From the NCBI GenBank assembly GCA_963761175.1, contig CAVXFZ010000003.1, positions 132,261 through 196,260 on the forward strand: a stretch of 64,000 bases of DNA, given 5' to 3'. Both the position numbers and the translations under genes were made by a program. This stretch comes from an uncultured Actinomycetes bacterium. GTDB lineage: Bacteria; Actinomycetota; Acidimicrobiia; IMCC26256; PALSA-610. Positions 1 through 8,096 of the stretch are shown here, piece by piece. Every line of letters starts with the position of its first letter. The stretch's first letter is position 1. The notes under the pieces were generated by a model that searched no databases, had not been told where the DNA came from, and saw only the letters and a list, made by a program, of their open reading frames with translations.

Positions 1-111
1 GGCTTCCGGCGCGCGCTTCGCCGCGTGCTGCGCCTCGTACTCCGCCGCGTGGGCGCTGTACGCCGCGACGGACGGCAGGACCGGATCGTCGGCTTCGTCG
101 GTATCGCTCAC
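1..111 (-). CDS. N-terminal fragment of a protein running off the window edge (possibly class I SAM methyltransferase)
   Basis: Open frame from GTG at 111: VSDTDEADDPVLPSVAAYSAHAAEYEAQHAAKRAPEA; the AY..xA..Y pattern resembles methyltransferase N-termini. Confidence 0.4.
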   Translation of the reverse strand, partial: MSDTDEADDPVLPSVAAYSAHAAEYEAQHAAKRAPEA

Positions 112-149
112 CGTGTCCAGTCTTGCGTCACCGCGTTCGTCGGAATGCG

Positions 150-195
150 GCCGCACGGAGCCGGCGTCCATCGGACACCGGCTCCGATCTGCGGC
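150..195 (-). terminator. GC-rich hairpin downstream of tRNA-Ser(CGA)
   Basis: GCCGCA-CGGAGCCGG-CGTCC / GGACA-CCGGCTCCG-ATC-TGCGGC inverted repeat starting 6 nt after the tRNA CCA; no clear U-tract. Confidence 0.55.
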
Positions 196-201
196 AGTAC
201 G

Positions 202-289
202 TGGCGGAGGGAGTGGGATTTGAACCCACGGTGCCCGGAGGCACAATGGTTTTCGAGACCATCCGATTCGGCCGCTCTCGCATCCCTCC
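202..289 (-). tRNA. tRNA-Ser(CGA)
   Basis: GGAGGGA/TCCCTCC acceptor stem, anticodon arm ATGGT-CT-CGA-AA-ACCAT, long variable arm, GGTTCAAATCC T-loop, encoded CCA. Confidence 0.97.
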
Positions 290-344
290 GGGCGGGGATG
301 TTACGACACCGCTCCCGGCGGCCCGGAAGTGTTCGGCCGGGTGA

Positions 345-815
345 TCACCGCCGGCGCGCGGCGAAGAACTCCTCCACGAGCGCGGCGCACGCGGCGGCCT
401 CGACGCCCGCGACGACGGGGATCTCGTGGTTGAGGCGAGGGTCGGCGGCGAGGTTGTAGAGCGATCCCGCGGCGCCCGCGCGCGGGTCGGGCGCGCCGAA
501 CACGAGCAGGTCGACGCGTGCCGCCCACGCCGCGCCCGCGCACATGGGGCACGGCTCGATCGTCGACACGAGCACGTGCCCACCGAGGCGCCAGCTGCCC
601 GTAGCGCTCGACGCGGCCTGCAGCGCGAGCACCTCCGCGTGCGCGGTCGGGTCGTGGCGTTGCTCGCGTTCGTTGTGGGCGCGCGCGACGACGCGGCCGT
701 CGTCGAGGCGCGCGACAACCGCGCCGATCGGGACGTCGTCGTGTGCGAGCGCGGCGCGCGCCTCTTCGAGCGCGATCGCCATCAGCGGCTCGAGCGCGAT
801 CGCGGGTGTGCTCAT
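345..815 (-). CDS. tadA: tRNA-specific adenosine(34) deaminase
   Basis: HAE and EPCPMC zinc-deaminase motifs, DPTAHAE, GSLYN; true start MSTPAIAL overlaps the upstream stop (ATGA). Confidence 0.93.
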   Translation of the reverse strand: MSTPAIALEPLMAIALEEARAALAHDDVPIGAVVARLDDGRVVARAHNEREQRHDPTAHAEVLALQAASSATGSWRLGGHVLVSTIEPCPMCAGAAWAARVDLLVFGAPDPRAGAAGSLYNLAADPRLNHEIPVVAGVEAAACAALVEEFFAARRR

Positions 816-2290
816 GCGAGCAGCGTGCGCAGGTGGTCGGAGAGCCGCAACGTCATCGCGAGGATCGTGAACGTCGGGTTCGAGTAGCCGCACGCGGGGA
901 ACACCGAGCTGCCGGTGACGAAGAAGTTGTCGACGCCGTGCACGCGTAGGTTCGGATCGACGACGCCGAGCGCGGGATCCTCGTTCATGCGCGTCGTCCC
1001 CATGTGGTGCGCGCCGTAGAAGAACTGCTGTTTCGCATTGCCGAACGACTCCGGCTCGTAGCGCAACCAGCCGATGCCACGGACACCGAGCTCGCGCGTC
1101 ATCTGGTCGAGGGCGGTGCGGTAGTTCTTCCGGTCGTTCGGGCCGAGCTCCCAGTGCATCTGCACGCGCGGCATGCCGAGCTCGTCCTTCGTGGTGCCGA
1201 GCGTGACTCGGCTGTCGGGGTTCGTCTCCGGTTCGCAGCGCATGTAGAAGGAGTACGGCTGGCTCTCGCCGCCCTCGACCGCGCGCAGCACTGCGGCGAC
1301 GTCGCCGGGGTCGACGCGTTTGTCGGCATCGGTGGGTTCGCTCCACGGGAATGGCTCGATCACGAAGGTGACGGTGGGCAGCTTGTGCTCGGCGAGGTAC
1401 TCGGGTGTGAACGCGAGCGTCGTGCGCACGTAGTCGGCACGCCCGCCCTGATAGTTCGAGGGCACCCGTCCCGAGCACACGATCGTCGCGGCGGTCACCT
1501 CGGGATGGTCGAAGAAGTAGCGGCCGACGAGGTCGTGGCCATTGCCGATCGCGGTGCCGCCGGCGGGCGCGGTCGCCAGGAGGACGCGCGCGTTCTCGAT
1601 GCCGCCGAGTGCGAGCACGAACATCTTCGCGGTGACGCGAAAGCGGTTCCCCGCGAGCGTGGCGACGGTGTAGTCGTCGACGTGACCCTGCCCGGCACCG
1701 GTTCCAATGCCGACGACGTTCGCGCCGAGGATGACGCGCAGGTTCGCGGCGGCTTCGAGGTCCTTCTGGTACTCGGTGCCGAAGTGCACCGGGCCGGGGC
1801 TGAGCCGGAACACCGACGTCGTCACCGACGCGTTGTCGATGAGCGCCTCGACGCCGGCGGACGGGTCGGCGACGAGGTCGGCGAGCGCGAACGAACCCGG
1901 TGTGAGCTTCGGCAGCGTGCGCGCCTTGTCGTAGTACGGGTCGAGCACCTCGCGTCCGAACGGCCAGCCGCTGTGCTTGATCCACGCCCGGGCGGCGAGG
2001 TCCTGCGGGTCGAGCGGGCGGCACCAGCCGGCCCAGTGGTTCGTCGCGCCGCCGAGCTGGCGGACGCGGGTCGCGTTCACGTCGTACTTGTCGCCGGTGG
2101 ACGTGCCTTCGTCGAGAGACTGGCTCGCGTCGTCGAAGTCGACGCCGCCGCTCTCGAGCATCACGACCGAGAGGTCGGTTCCCGAGAGCGACCGCGCGAG
2201 CGCGATGCCCGCCGGTCCGCCACCAGCGATGCAGAGGTCGGCCGTCACGACGCTGTCGCGCCGGATCTTGTCGGCCTGCTCGAACTTCAT
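812..2290 (-). CDS. GMC-family FAD oxidoreductase
   Basis: IAGGGPAG FAD motif, LGGATNHW, GRYFFDHP, HHMGTTRM, GSSVFP..G.SNPT C-terminal GMC motifs. Confidence 0.9.
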   Translation of the reverse strand: MKFEQADKIRRDSVVTADLCIAGGGPAGIALARSLSGTDLSVVMLESGGVDFDDASQSLDEGTSTGDKYDVNATRVRQLGGATNHWAGWCRPLDPQDLAARAWIKHSGWPFGREVLDPYYDKARTLPKLTPGSFALADLVADPSAGVEALIDNASVTTSVFRLSPGPVHFGTEYQKDLEAAANLRVILGANVVGIGTGAGQGHVDDYTVATLAGNRFRVTAKMFVLALGGIENARVLLATAPAGGTAIGNGHDLVGRYFFDHPEVTAATIVCSGRVPSNYQGGRADYVRTTLAFTPEYLAEHKLPTVTFVIEPFPWSEPTDADKRVDPGDVAAVLRAVEGGESQPYSFYMRCEPETNPDSRVTLGTTKDELGMPRVQMHWELGPNDRKNYRTALDQMTRELGVRGIGWLRYEPESFGNAKQQFFYGAHHMGTTRMNEDPALGVVDPNLRVHGVDNFFVTGSSVFPACGYSNPTFTILAMTLRLSDHLRTLLA

Positions 2291-2700
2291 CAGCCGAGCT
2301 CGCGGTGCGCGACCGCGCACAGCTCCGCGATCGACTGCGGCAGCATCCATCCCGCGACCGGCACGAGGGTGCGGGTGAAGAAGTCGCTGTGCGCGCGGTC
2401 GCGCACCGGTTGCACGAGGTCGGTCTGGCGCTGCGCGCGCGGGTCGTCCGTCACGACACCTTTCAGCGGATCGGTCGTCGGCGCGGACGGGTGGTCGGCG
2501 ACGTACATCGCGCCGATCCGGCGCGCCGGTTCGGGATCGCCGAGGATCGCCGCGAGCGCGCCGAGCCGGCCCTGGGTGGGCAGGTGCTTGGTGTGATGGG
2601 TTGCGTGCCGGATGAGTAGCGCGGCCGTCGATCCGCCACCCAGCACGACGAGCGACGCGCCGGCGCCGATGAGGAACGACCGGCGGTCGAGCGCGCTCAT
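2290..2700 (-). CDS. Small twin-arginine (Tat) signal protein, putative partner of the GMC oxidoreductase
   Basis: MSALDRRSFLIGAG Tat motif followed by a hydrophobic stretch; TGATG overlap with the GMC start. Confidence 0.75.
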   Translation of the reverse strand: MSALDRRSFLIGAGASLVVLGGGSTAALLIRHATHHTKHLPTQGRLGALAAILGDPEPARRIGAMYVADHPSAPTTDPLKGVVTDDPRAQRQTDLVQPVRDRAHSDFFTRTLVPVAGWMLPQSIAELCAVAHRELG

Positions 2701-2777
2701 GCCCTGAGCCTGCCACGGGCCGTGCCGGCGGCCGGGGCTTCGGACGGCTTCACCCTGGCGAAGCCGCGCCACGGATG

Positions 2778-2791
2778 CGAACATGTGTTCG
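2778..2791. promoter_or_regulatory. LexA (SOS) box
   Basis: CGAAC-ATGT-GTTCG matches the actinobacterial CGAAC-N4-GTTCG consensus and overlaps the dinB start. Confidence 0.88.
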
Positions 2792-3984
2792 TGTCGGGAG
2801 ACGGCGAGGCGACGATCCTGCACGCGGATCTCGACGCGTTCTTCGCGTCGGTCGAGCAACGCGACGACCCGAAGCTGCGCGGGCGGCCGGTGATCGTGGG
2901 CGGGGGTGTCGTGCTCGCCGCGAGCTACGAGGCTCGGGCGTTCGGCGTGCGCACCGCGATGGGCGGGCGCCAGGCGCGGCGGCTGTGCCCGGGCGTGATC
3001 GTCGTGCCGCCGCGCATGACGGCGTACTCCGACGCGAGCAAGGCGGTGTTCGCGGTGTTTGCCGACACGACGCCGCTCGTCGAGGGGCTGTCGATCGACG
3101 AAGCCTTCCTCGACGTCGGCGGGCTCCGACGGTTGCGGGGGACGCCGACCGACATCGCGGCGCGGTTGCGCCGAGAGGTTCTGGCACGGGTCGGTTTAGC
3201 GATCACCGTGGGCGTGGCGCGCACGAAGTTCCTCGCCAAGGTCGCGAGCGGGGTCGCAAAACCGGACGGTCTGCTCGTCGTCCCGCCCGACGAGGAGGAG
3301 GCGTTCCTGCACCCGTTGCCGGTCGAGCGGTTGTGGGGCGTCGGCGCGGTGACGGCGGAGAAGCTGCACGCGCGTGGGCTCATGACGGTCGGCCAGGTGG
3401 CACGGCTCGACCCGCGCACGCTGCGATCGCTGCTCGGTCGCGCGTCGGGCGGGCATCTGTACGCGCTCGCGCACAATCTCGACCCGCGGCCGGTGCGTGG
3501 TGGCCGGCGCCGGCGTTCGATCGGCTCGCAGCGTGCGCTGGGTTGGGCACCGACATCGGCCGAGGCGCTCGACGCCGCGCTCGTCGGGCTGGTCGACCGC
3601 GTGACGCGCCGCATGCGCGCGGCGGATCGCGCCGGCCGCACGGTGGTGCTGCGGCTGCGCTTCGACGACTTCTCGCGCGCGACCCGGTCGCACACGATGG
3701 CGCGCGCGACGGCGCAGACCGAGCCGGTGCTGCGGGTCGCGCGTGCGCTGCTCGCCACCGCGACGCCGATGATCGAGCGGCAGGGCGTGACGCTGGTGGG
3801 GATCTCGGTTGCGAACCTCGACGACGGCGTCACCCAGCTCACCCTGCCCCTCGACCGCGATCGCGGCCGCTCGCTCGACGCCGCGCTCGACGGGGTGCGG
3901 GACCGGTTCGGGTCGGCGGCGGTGACGCGGGCGGTGCTGCTCGGGCGCGATCCCGGCTTCTCGCCGCCGATGCTTCCCGACTGA
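2785..3984 (+). CDS. dinB: DNA polymerase IV (Y family)
   Basis: ILHADLDAFFASVEQ, ASYEAR, SIDEAFLD, KFLAKVAS..AKPDG motifs; start GTG at 2785 or 2791. Confidence 0.96.
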   Translation: MFVSGDGEATILHADLDAFFASVEQRDDPKLRGRPVIVGGGVVLAASYEARAFGVRTAMGGRQARRLCPGVIVVPPRMTAYSDASKAVFAVFADTTPLVEGLSIDEAFLDVGGLRRLRGTPTDIAARLRREVLARVGLAITVGVARTKFLAKVASGVAKPDGLLVVPPDEEEAFLHPLPVERLWGVGAVTAEKLHARGLMTVGQVARLDPRTLRSLLGRASGGHLYALAHNLDPRPVRGGRRRRSIGSQRALGWAPTSAEALDAALVGLVDRVTRRMRAADRAGRTVVLRLRFDDFSRATRSHTMARATAQTEPVLRVARALLATATPMIERQGVTLVGISVANLDDGVTQLTLPLDRDRGRSLDAALDGVRDRFGSAAVTRAVLLGRDPGFSPPMLPD

Positions 3985-4044
3985 GCGGCGCGGCGGCGGT
4001 GGCGGCACGACCGCGCCGTTCGCCCGGCCCAGCTGATCGCTCGA

Positions 4045-4118
4045 CGCCCACGCGAAATGCCGCCGAGCGCGTTGATTGCAGTTGCAAGCATCGCGATCGG
4101 GTCGATCTAGCGTGGGCG
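4045..4118. repeat. ~74-bp imperfect palindrome (REP/MITE-like)
   Basis: CGCCCACGC...TTGCA-GT-TGCAA...GCGTGGGCG with pairing through most of both arms; intergenic. Confidence 0.5.
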
Positions 4119-4137
4119 GCGTGGAGATCGGCCCCGC

Positions 4138-4848
4138 GTGAGCGGCCCCGGCGTCGCGCCCGACGGCAGCCCGGTGCTCCTCTACCTGTCGCTACCCGGC
4201 GCCGACGATGCGACCACCATCCACGAGGCCATCCCCGCGCCCGCCGCGATCCTCGAGCTCGGCTGCGGCACCGGCCGCGTCACCAACGAGCTCGTCCGCC
4301 GCGGCCATGCGGTGACCGCCGTCGACAACAGCGCCGAGATGCTCAGCCACATCGACGCCGCGGCCGAGCCCGTCCTCGCCGACATCCTCACCCTCGACCT
4401 CGCGCCCCGGCGCTGGCCGGTCGTGCTGATGGGCAGCTACCTGATCAACGACGGGGAGAGCGCCGCGTTCCTCGCCACGGCCGCGCGCCACGTCGCGCCC
4501 GGCGGCTGCATCCTCGTCGAGCGGCACGCACCCGGCTGGGTCGACACCGCCGAGCCGGCGCGCAACGAGCGCGACGGGGTCGTGATCTCGCTGGTCGCCG
4601 TCTCGCACGACGCACCGGGCACGATGACCGCGACCGTCGTCTACGAGATCGGCGCGCAACGGTTCGAGCAGACCTTCACCGCCCACGACGTGGACGACGT
4701 CCGCCTGGCCGCGCTCGCCGCGGCCGCCGGGTGCGAGATCGATGCCGTGCTCGACGCAGGCGGCACGTGGGTGCGGCTCCGTCCGATCCGGGATCTCGCG
4801 CCACCGCGCGATGAGTTCACAGCCGAACCGAGGTCTGCTTCGTCATGA
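4138..4848 (+). CDS. Class I SAM-dependent methyltransferase
   Basis: ILELGCGTGR motif I, AVDNSAEML motif II. Confidence 0.85.
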   Translation: MSGPGVAPDGSPVLLYLSLPGADDATTIHEAIPAPAAILELGCGTGRVTNELVRRGHAVTAVDNSAEMLSHIDAAAEPVLADILTLDLAPRRWPVVLMGSYLINDGESAAFLATAARHVAPGGCILVERHAPGWVDTAEPARNERDGVVISLVAVSHDAPGTMTATVVYEIGAQRFEQTFTAHDVDDVRLAALAAAAGCEIDAVLDAGGTWVRLRPIRDLAPPRDEFTAEPRSASS

Positions 4849-6032
4849 AGCGCTCCGGACTCTCGCCCGACCGACTTGGCCGCCTTCGCGACATCCTCGC
4901 CGCGCACGTCGAGCGGGGCACCGCGCCGGGTCTCGTCGCGCTCGTGTGCCGGCGGGGCGAAGCGTACGTCGGCGTGATGGGCACGACCGCCGTCGGCGGC
5001 GACGCGCCCGTGCGGCGCGACTCGATCTTCCGCATCTCGTCGATGTCGAAGCCGATCACCGCGGTCGCGACGCTGATCCTGCTCGAGGAGTGCGTGCTGC
5101 GGCTCGACGAACCGGTCGAGCGGTTCCTGCCCGAGCTCGCCGACCGGCGCGTCGTGCGCCGCATCGACGGTCCCGTCGACGACACCGTCCCCGCGCACCG
5201 GTCGATCACCGTGCGCGACCTGCTCACGTTCCGCATGGGCTTCGGCGGCTACTTCGGTCCGTGCCCGGTGAACGACGTGGCCGCGCCGCTGCAGCTGAGC
5301 GTCGGGCCGCCGCAACCGCAGCTCCCGCCCGCGCCCGACGAGTGGATGCGCCGCCTCTCGACGCTGCCGCTGATGGCCCAACCGGGCGAGCGGTGGCTGT
5401 ACCACACCGGTGCCGACGTGCTCGGCGTGCTCATCGCGCGGGCGTCGGGCCAACCGTTCGAGGCGTTCCTGCGCGAGCGGGTCTTCGAACCGCTCGGCAT
5501 GACCGACACCGCGTTCTCGGTGCCCTCGGACGACGGCGACCGGCTCGTCACCAGTTACCTCACCGATCCCGAGACCGGCGCGCTCAGCGTCTTCGACGAA
5601 CCGCGCGGGCAGTGGAGCGCACCGCCCGCGTTCCCCGGCGGGGGCGCGGGACTGGTGTCGACGGCCGACGACTACCTCGCGTTCGCGCAGATGCTGCTGC
5701 GCGGCGGCGCGCCGCTCCTGTCGCGCCCGTCGGCGGAGACGATGATCACCGACCAGCTCACGCCCGCGCAGAAGGCGGTGAGCGGCTTCTTCCCCGACGA
5801 CTTCGACGCGCGGGGTTGGGGCTTCCTCGTCGGCGTCGTGACCCGCCGCGAGCACCCGGCCGCGCCGGTCGGCCAGTACGGATGGGACGGCGGGCTCGGA
5901 ACCGTGTGGCACAACGACCCGTCGGAAGACCTCGTCACGATCCTGCTCACGAACGCGGCGCAGACGTCGCCGCGCCCGCCCGCGATCGCCCAGGACTTCA
6001 TGACGTGCGCCTACGCCGCGATCACCGATTGA
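4845..6032 (+). CDS. Serine hydrolase, beta-lactamase/class C esterase family
   Basis: SMSK (SxxK), QPGERWLY, GWDGGLGT, LLTFRMG motifs. Confidence 0.9.
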   Translation: MKRSGLSPDRLGRLRDILAAHVERGTAPGLVALVCRRGEAYVGVMGTTAVGGDAPVRRDSIFRISSMSKPITAVATLILLEECVLRLDEPVERFLPELADRRVVRRIDGPVDDTVPAHRSITVRDLLTFRMGFGGYFGPCPVNDVAAPLQLSVGPPQPQLPPAPDEWMRRLSTLPLMAQPGERWLYHTGADVLGVLIARASGQPFEAFLRERVFEPLGMTDTAFSVPSDDGDRLVTSYLTDPETGALSVFDEPRGQWSAPPAFPGGGAGLVSTADDYLAFAQMLLRGGAPLLSRPSAETMITDQLTPAQKAVSGFFPDDFDARGWGFLVGVVTRREHPAAPVGQYGWDGGLGTVWHNDPSEDLVTILLTNAAQTSPRPPAIAQDFMTCAYAAITD

Positions 6033-6062
6033 AGCCGGCGGCCGCTGCCCCTGCGACGCCGC

Positions 6063-6839
6063 TCACGCCCGCGCGCGCAGCAGGCAGAACTCGTTGCCGT
6101 CGGGGTCGGCCATGACCACCCACTCCGCGTCGCCTTGGCCGATGTCGACTCGACTCGCCCCCAGGGAGACCAGGCGGTCGACCTCCGCCTGTTGGTCGCT
6201 GTGCTCGGGCGGAGCGATGTGGAGATGGAGGCGGTTCTTCGCGTCCTTCGGCGGGATCGGCGGCCCCCCCCAGGTGACGAAGGGGCCGGTGCCGTCGGGC
6301 GCGCGAATCGCCGTCTCGTCGTCCTGATCCCAGACCAGCGGCCATCCGAGCGCCGCGCTCCAGAAGTACCCGACCTCCCTCGACCCGTCGCACGTGATCG
6401 ATCCGAGGCGTCCGCAGCCGGCCAGGAACTGGTTCTCCGGCTCGATGATGCAGAACTCGTTGCCCTCGGGATCGGCGAGCACGACGTGCTTGTCGTCGGG
6501 TCCCTGACCGACGTCGACGTGACTCGCGCCGAGCGCGATCAAGCTCGCGACCGAGTCCCGCTGGTCGGCGGCGGACGTGCTCGTCAGGTCGAGATGGATG
6601 GGGTTCTTGCCCGCCTTCGGCTCCGCGACCGGGACGAAGCAGATCTCGAATCGGGTGCCGTCGGTCGGCACGAGACGGACGACATCGCCCGTGTCGCCGG
6701 CGACTTCCCAGTGCAGCGCGTCGGCCCAGAAGCGCGCGAGCCGCCGCGGATCGTTCGCGTCGAAGCACAGCGCGACGAGCCGCGAGGCCGTCCCGTCTTG
6801 CACTTCCCGATCCGTTGCGCGCGGTTCCACCGTCGACAT
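6063..6839 (-). CDS. VOC/glyoxalase family protein with two tandem domains
   Basis: Two copies of KNxxHL and V(L/M)ADP(E/D)GNEFC. Confidence 0.9.
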   Translation of the reverse strand: MSTVEPRATDREVQDGTASRLVALCFDANDPRRLARFWADALHWEVAGDTGDVVRLVPTDGTRFEICFVPVAEPKAGKNPIHLDLTSTSAADQRDSVASLIALGASHVDVGQGPDDKHVVLADPEGNEFCIIEPENQFLAGCGRLGSITCDGSREVGYFWSAALGWPLVWDQDDETAIRAPDGTGPFVTWGGPPIPPKDAKNRLHLHIAPPEHSDQQAEVDRLVSLGASRVDIGQGDAEWVVMADPDGNEFCLLRARA

Positions 6840-6884
6840 CCTGCCAGACCGGCGCGGCCGGGCGGGCCGCTCGAGTTCGTCGTT

Positions 6885-7322
6885 TCAGGCGGGGGTGAGG
6901 CCGTGACGGCGCATCACACCGAGGAGTGCGGCGACGTCGGGTGGGCCGCCCGCGGCGGCGGTGAGCACGGCGCGGATGTCGGTGAAGTAGTCGGGTCCGA
7001 AGACGCCGGGCGTGGCGACCGAGAGGAACTTCGCGTCGACGCCACCCGGGTTGACGAACTGGTGCACCTGGCCGCGCCGGATGCAGACCGAGTCGCCCGG
7101 CCCGATCTGCCGGGCGCGGCCGTCGATCGTGAAGGTGAGGACGCCTTCGAGCCCGTAGACCGTCTCGTCGAACGCGTCGTGGCTGTGGGGCGGGGGCACC
7201 GGCGCCCCGCCCGCGACCGCGCACTCGAACACCGTCGCGGTGCCGTCGGACTCGGGGGCCTCGACGAGGAACCGGACCTCGATGCCGCCGAGGCTGATGG
7301 TGGTTGCGGATGAGGTGTGCAT
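6885..7322 (-). CDS. Cupin domain protein
   Basis: PHSH...E.VY.LEG and GD...I.RG..H.F.N cupin motifs. Confidence 0.88.
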   Translation of the reverse strand: MHTSSATTISLGGIEVRFLVEAPESDGTATVFECAVAGGAPVPPPHSHDAFDETVYGLEGVLTFTIDGRARQIGPGDSVCIRRGQVHQFVNPGGVDAKFLSVATPGVFGPDYFTDIRAVLTAAAGGPPDVAALLGVMRRHGLTPA

Positions 7323-7366
7323 GGGAAGCCCTCCCGAGTTCGGCATTTAGCTTAGACCAATATTCT

Positions 7367-7382
7367 GAGCAGATGTTTGCTC
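7367..7382. promoter_or_regulatory. Putative TetR operator
   Basis: GAGCA-GATGTT-TGCTC inverted repeat in the AT-rich gap between the divergent cupin and TetR genes. Confidence 0.5.
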
Positions 7383-7396
7383 TAATGTCAAGCGCG

Positions 7397-8050
7397 ATGG
7401 CGACCGACGGCAAGCGCCCCTACGACTCCCGCCGCCGCCGCGAACGCGCGCAGGAAGAGCGCTCGGCGACCCGCGCCCGAGTCGTCGGGGCCGCGCGCGA
7501 CCTCTTCCTGTCGCGCGGTTACGTCGCCACGACGATGGCCGACATCGCCCGCGACGCCGGTGTCGCCCTGCAGTCGGTGTACACGGCGGGACGCAGCAAG
7601 GCCGACCTGTTGCACCTCGTCACGGATCTCGCGGTTGCGGGCGACGATCAGGAAGTGATGCTGGTCGACCGGCCCGAGTTCGTGGCCGTCACCGCGGAAT
7701 CAGATCCCGTGCGCCAAGTGCAGATGCTCGCGGGGCTGATCGCCACGACACTCGAGCGTCTCGCGCCGGTCTGGATCGCCTACCGGGAGGCCGCGGCCGT
7801 CGACCCGAAGGCCGCATCCAATCTGGTCGCCGCCCATCAACGCCGCCGCGAGACCTTCGGGACCATGATCGGCATGGTTCCCGAGCATCGGCTGCGCCAC
7901 CGTCACTCACGGAGCGCGGACACCATGTGGGCGATCGGCAGCATCGACGTGTTCCTGCTCCTTCGCACCGTGCTCGCGTGGGACGCCGCGCAATACGCCG
8001 AATGGCTCGCCGACACGCTCGTCGACGAACTGGTGAAACCCGCGAGCTGA
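7397..8050 (+). CDS. TetR/AcrR family transcriptional regulator
   Basis: AARDLFLSRGYVATTMADIARDAGVALQSVY HTH; alternative start at 7385. Confidence 0.9.
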   Translation: MATDGKRPYDSRRRRERAQEERSATRARVVGAARDLFLSRGYVATTMADIARDAGVALQSVYTAGRSKADLLHLVTDLAVAGDDQEVMLVDRPEFVAVTAESDPVRQVQMLAGLIATTLERLAPVWIAYREAAAVDPKAASNLVAAHQRRRETFGTMIGMVPEHRLRHRHSRSADTMWAIGSIDVFLLLRTVLAWDAAQYAEWLADTLVDELVKPAS

Positions 8051-8096
8051 ACCGTCGTGGCGTGAGCGAGCAACCGTGTCGCGCCGATCGCTCTCG

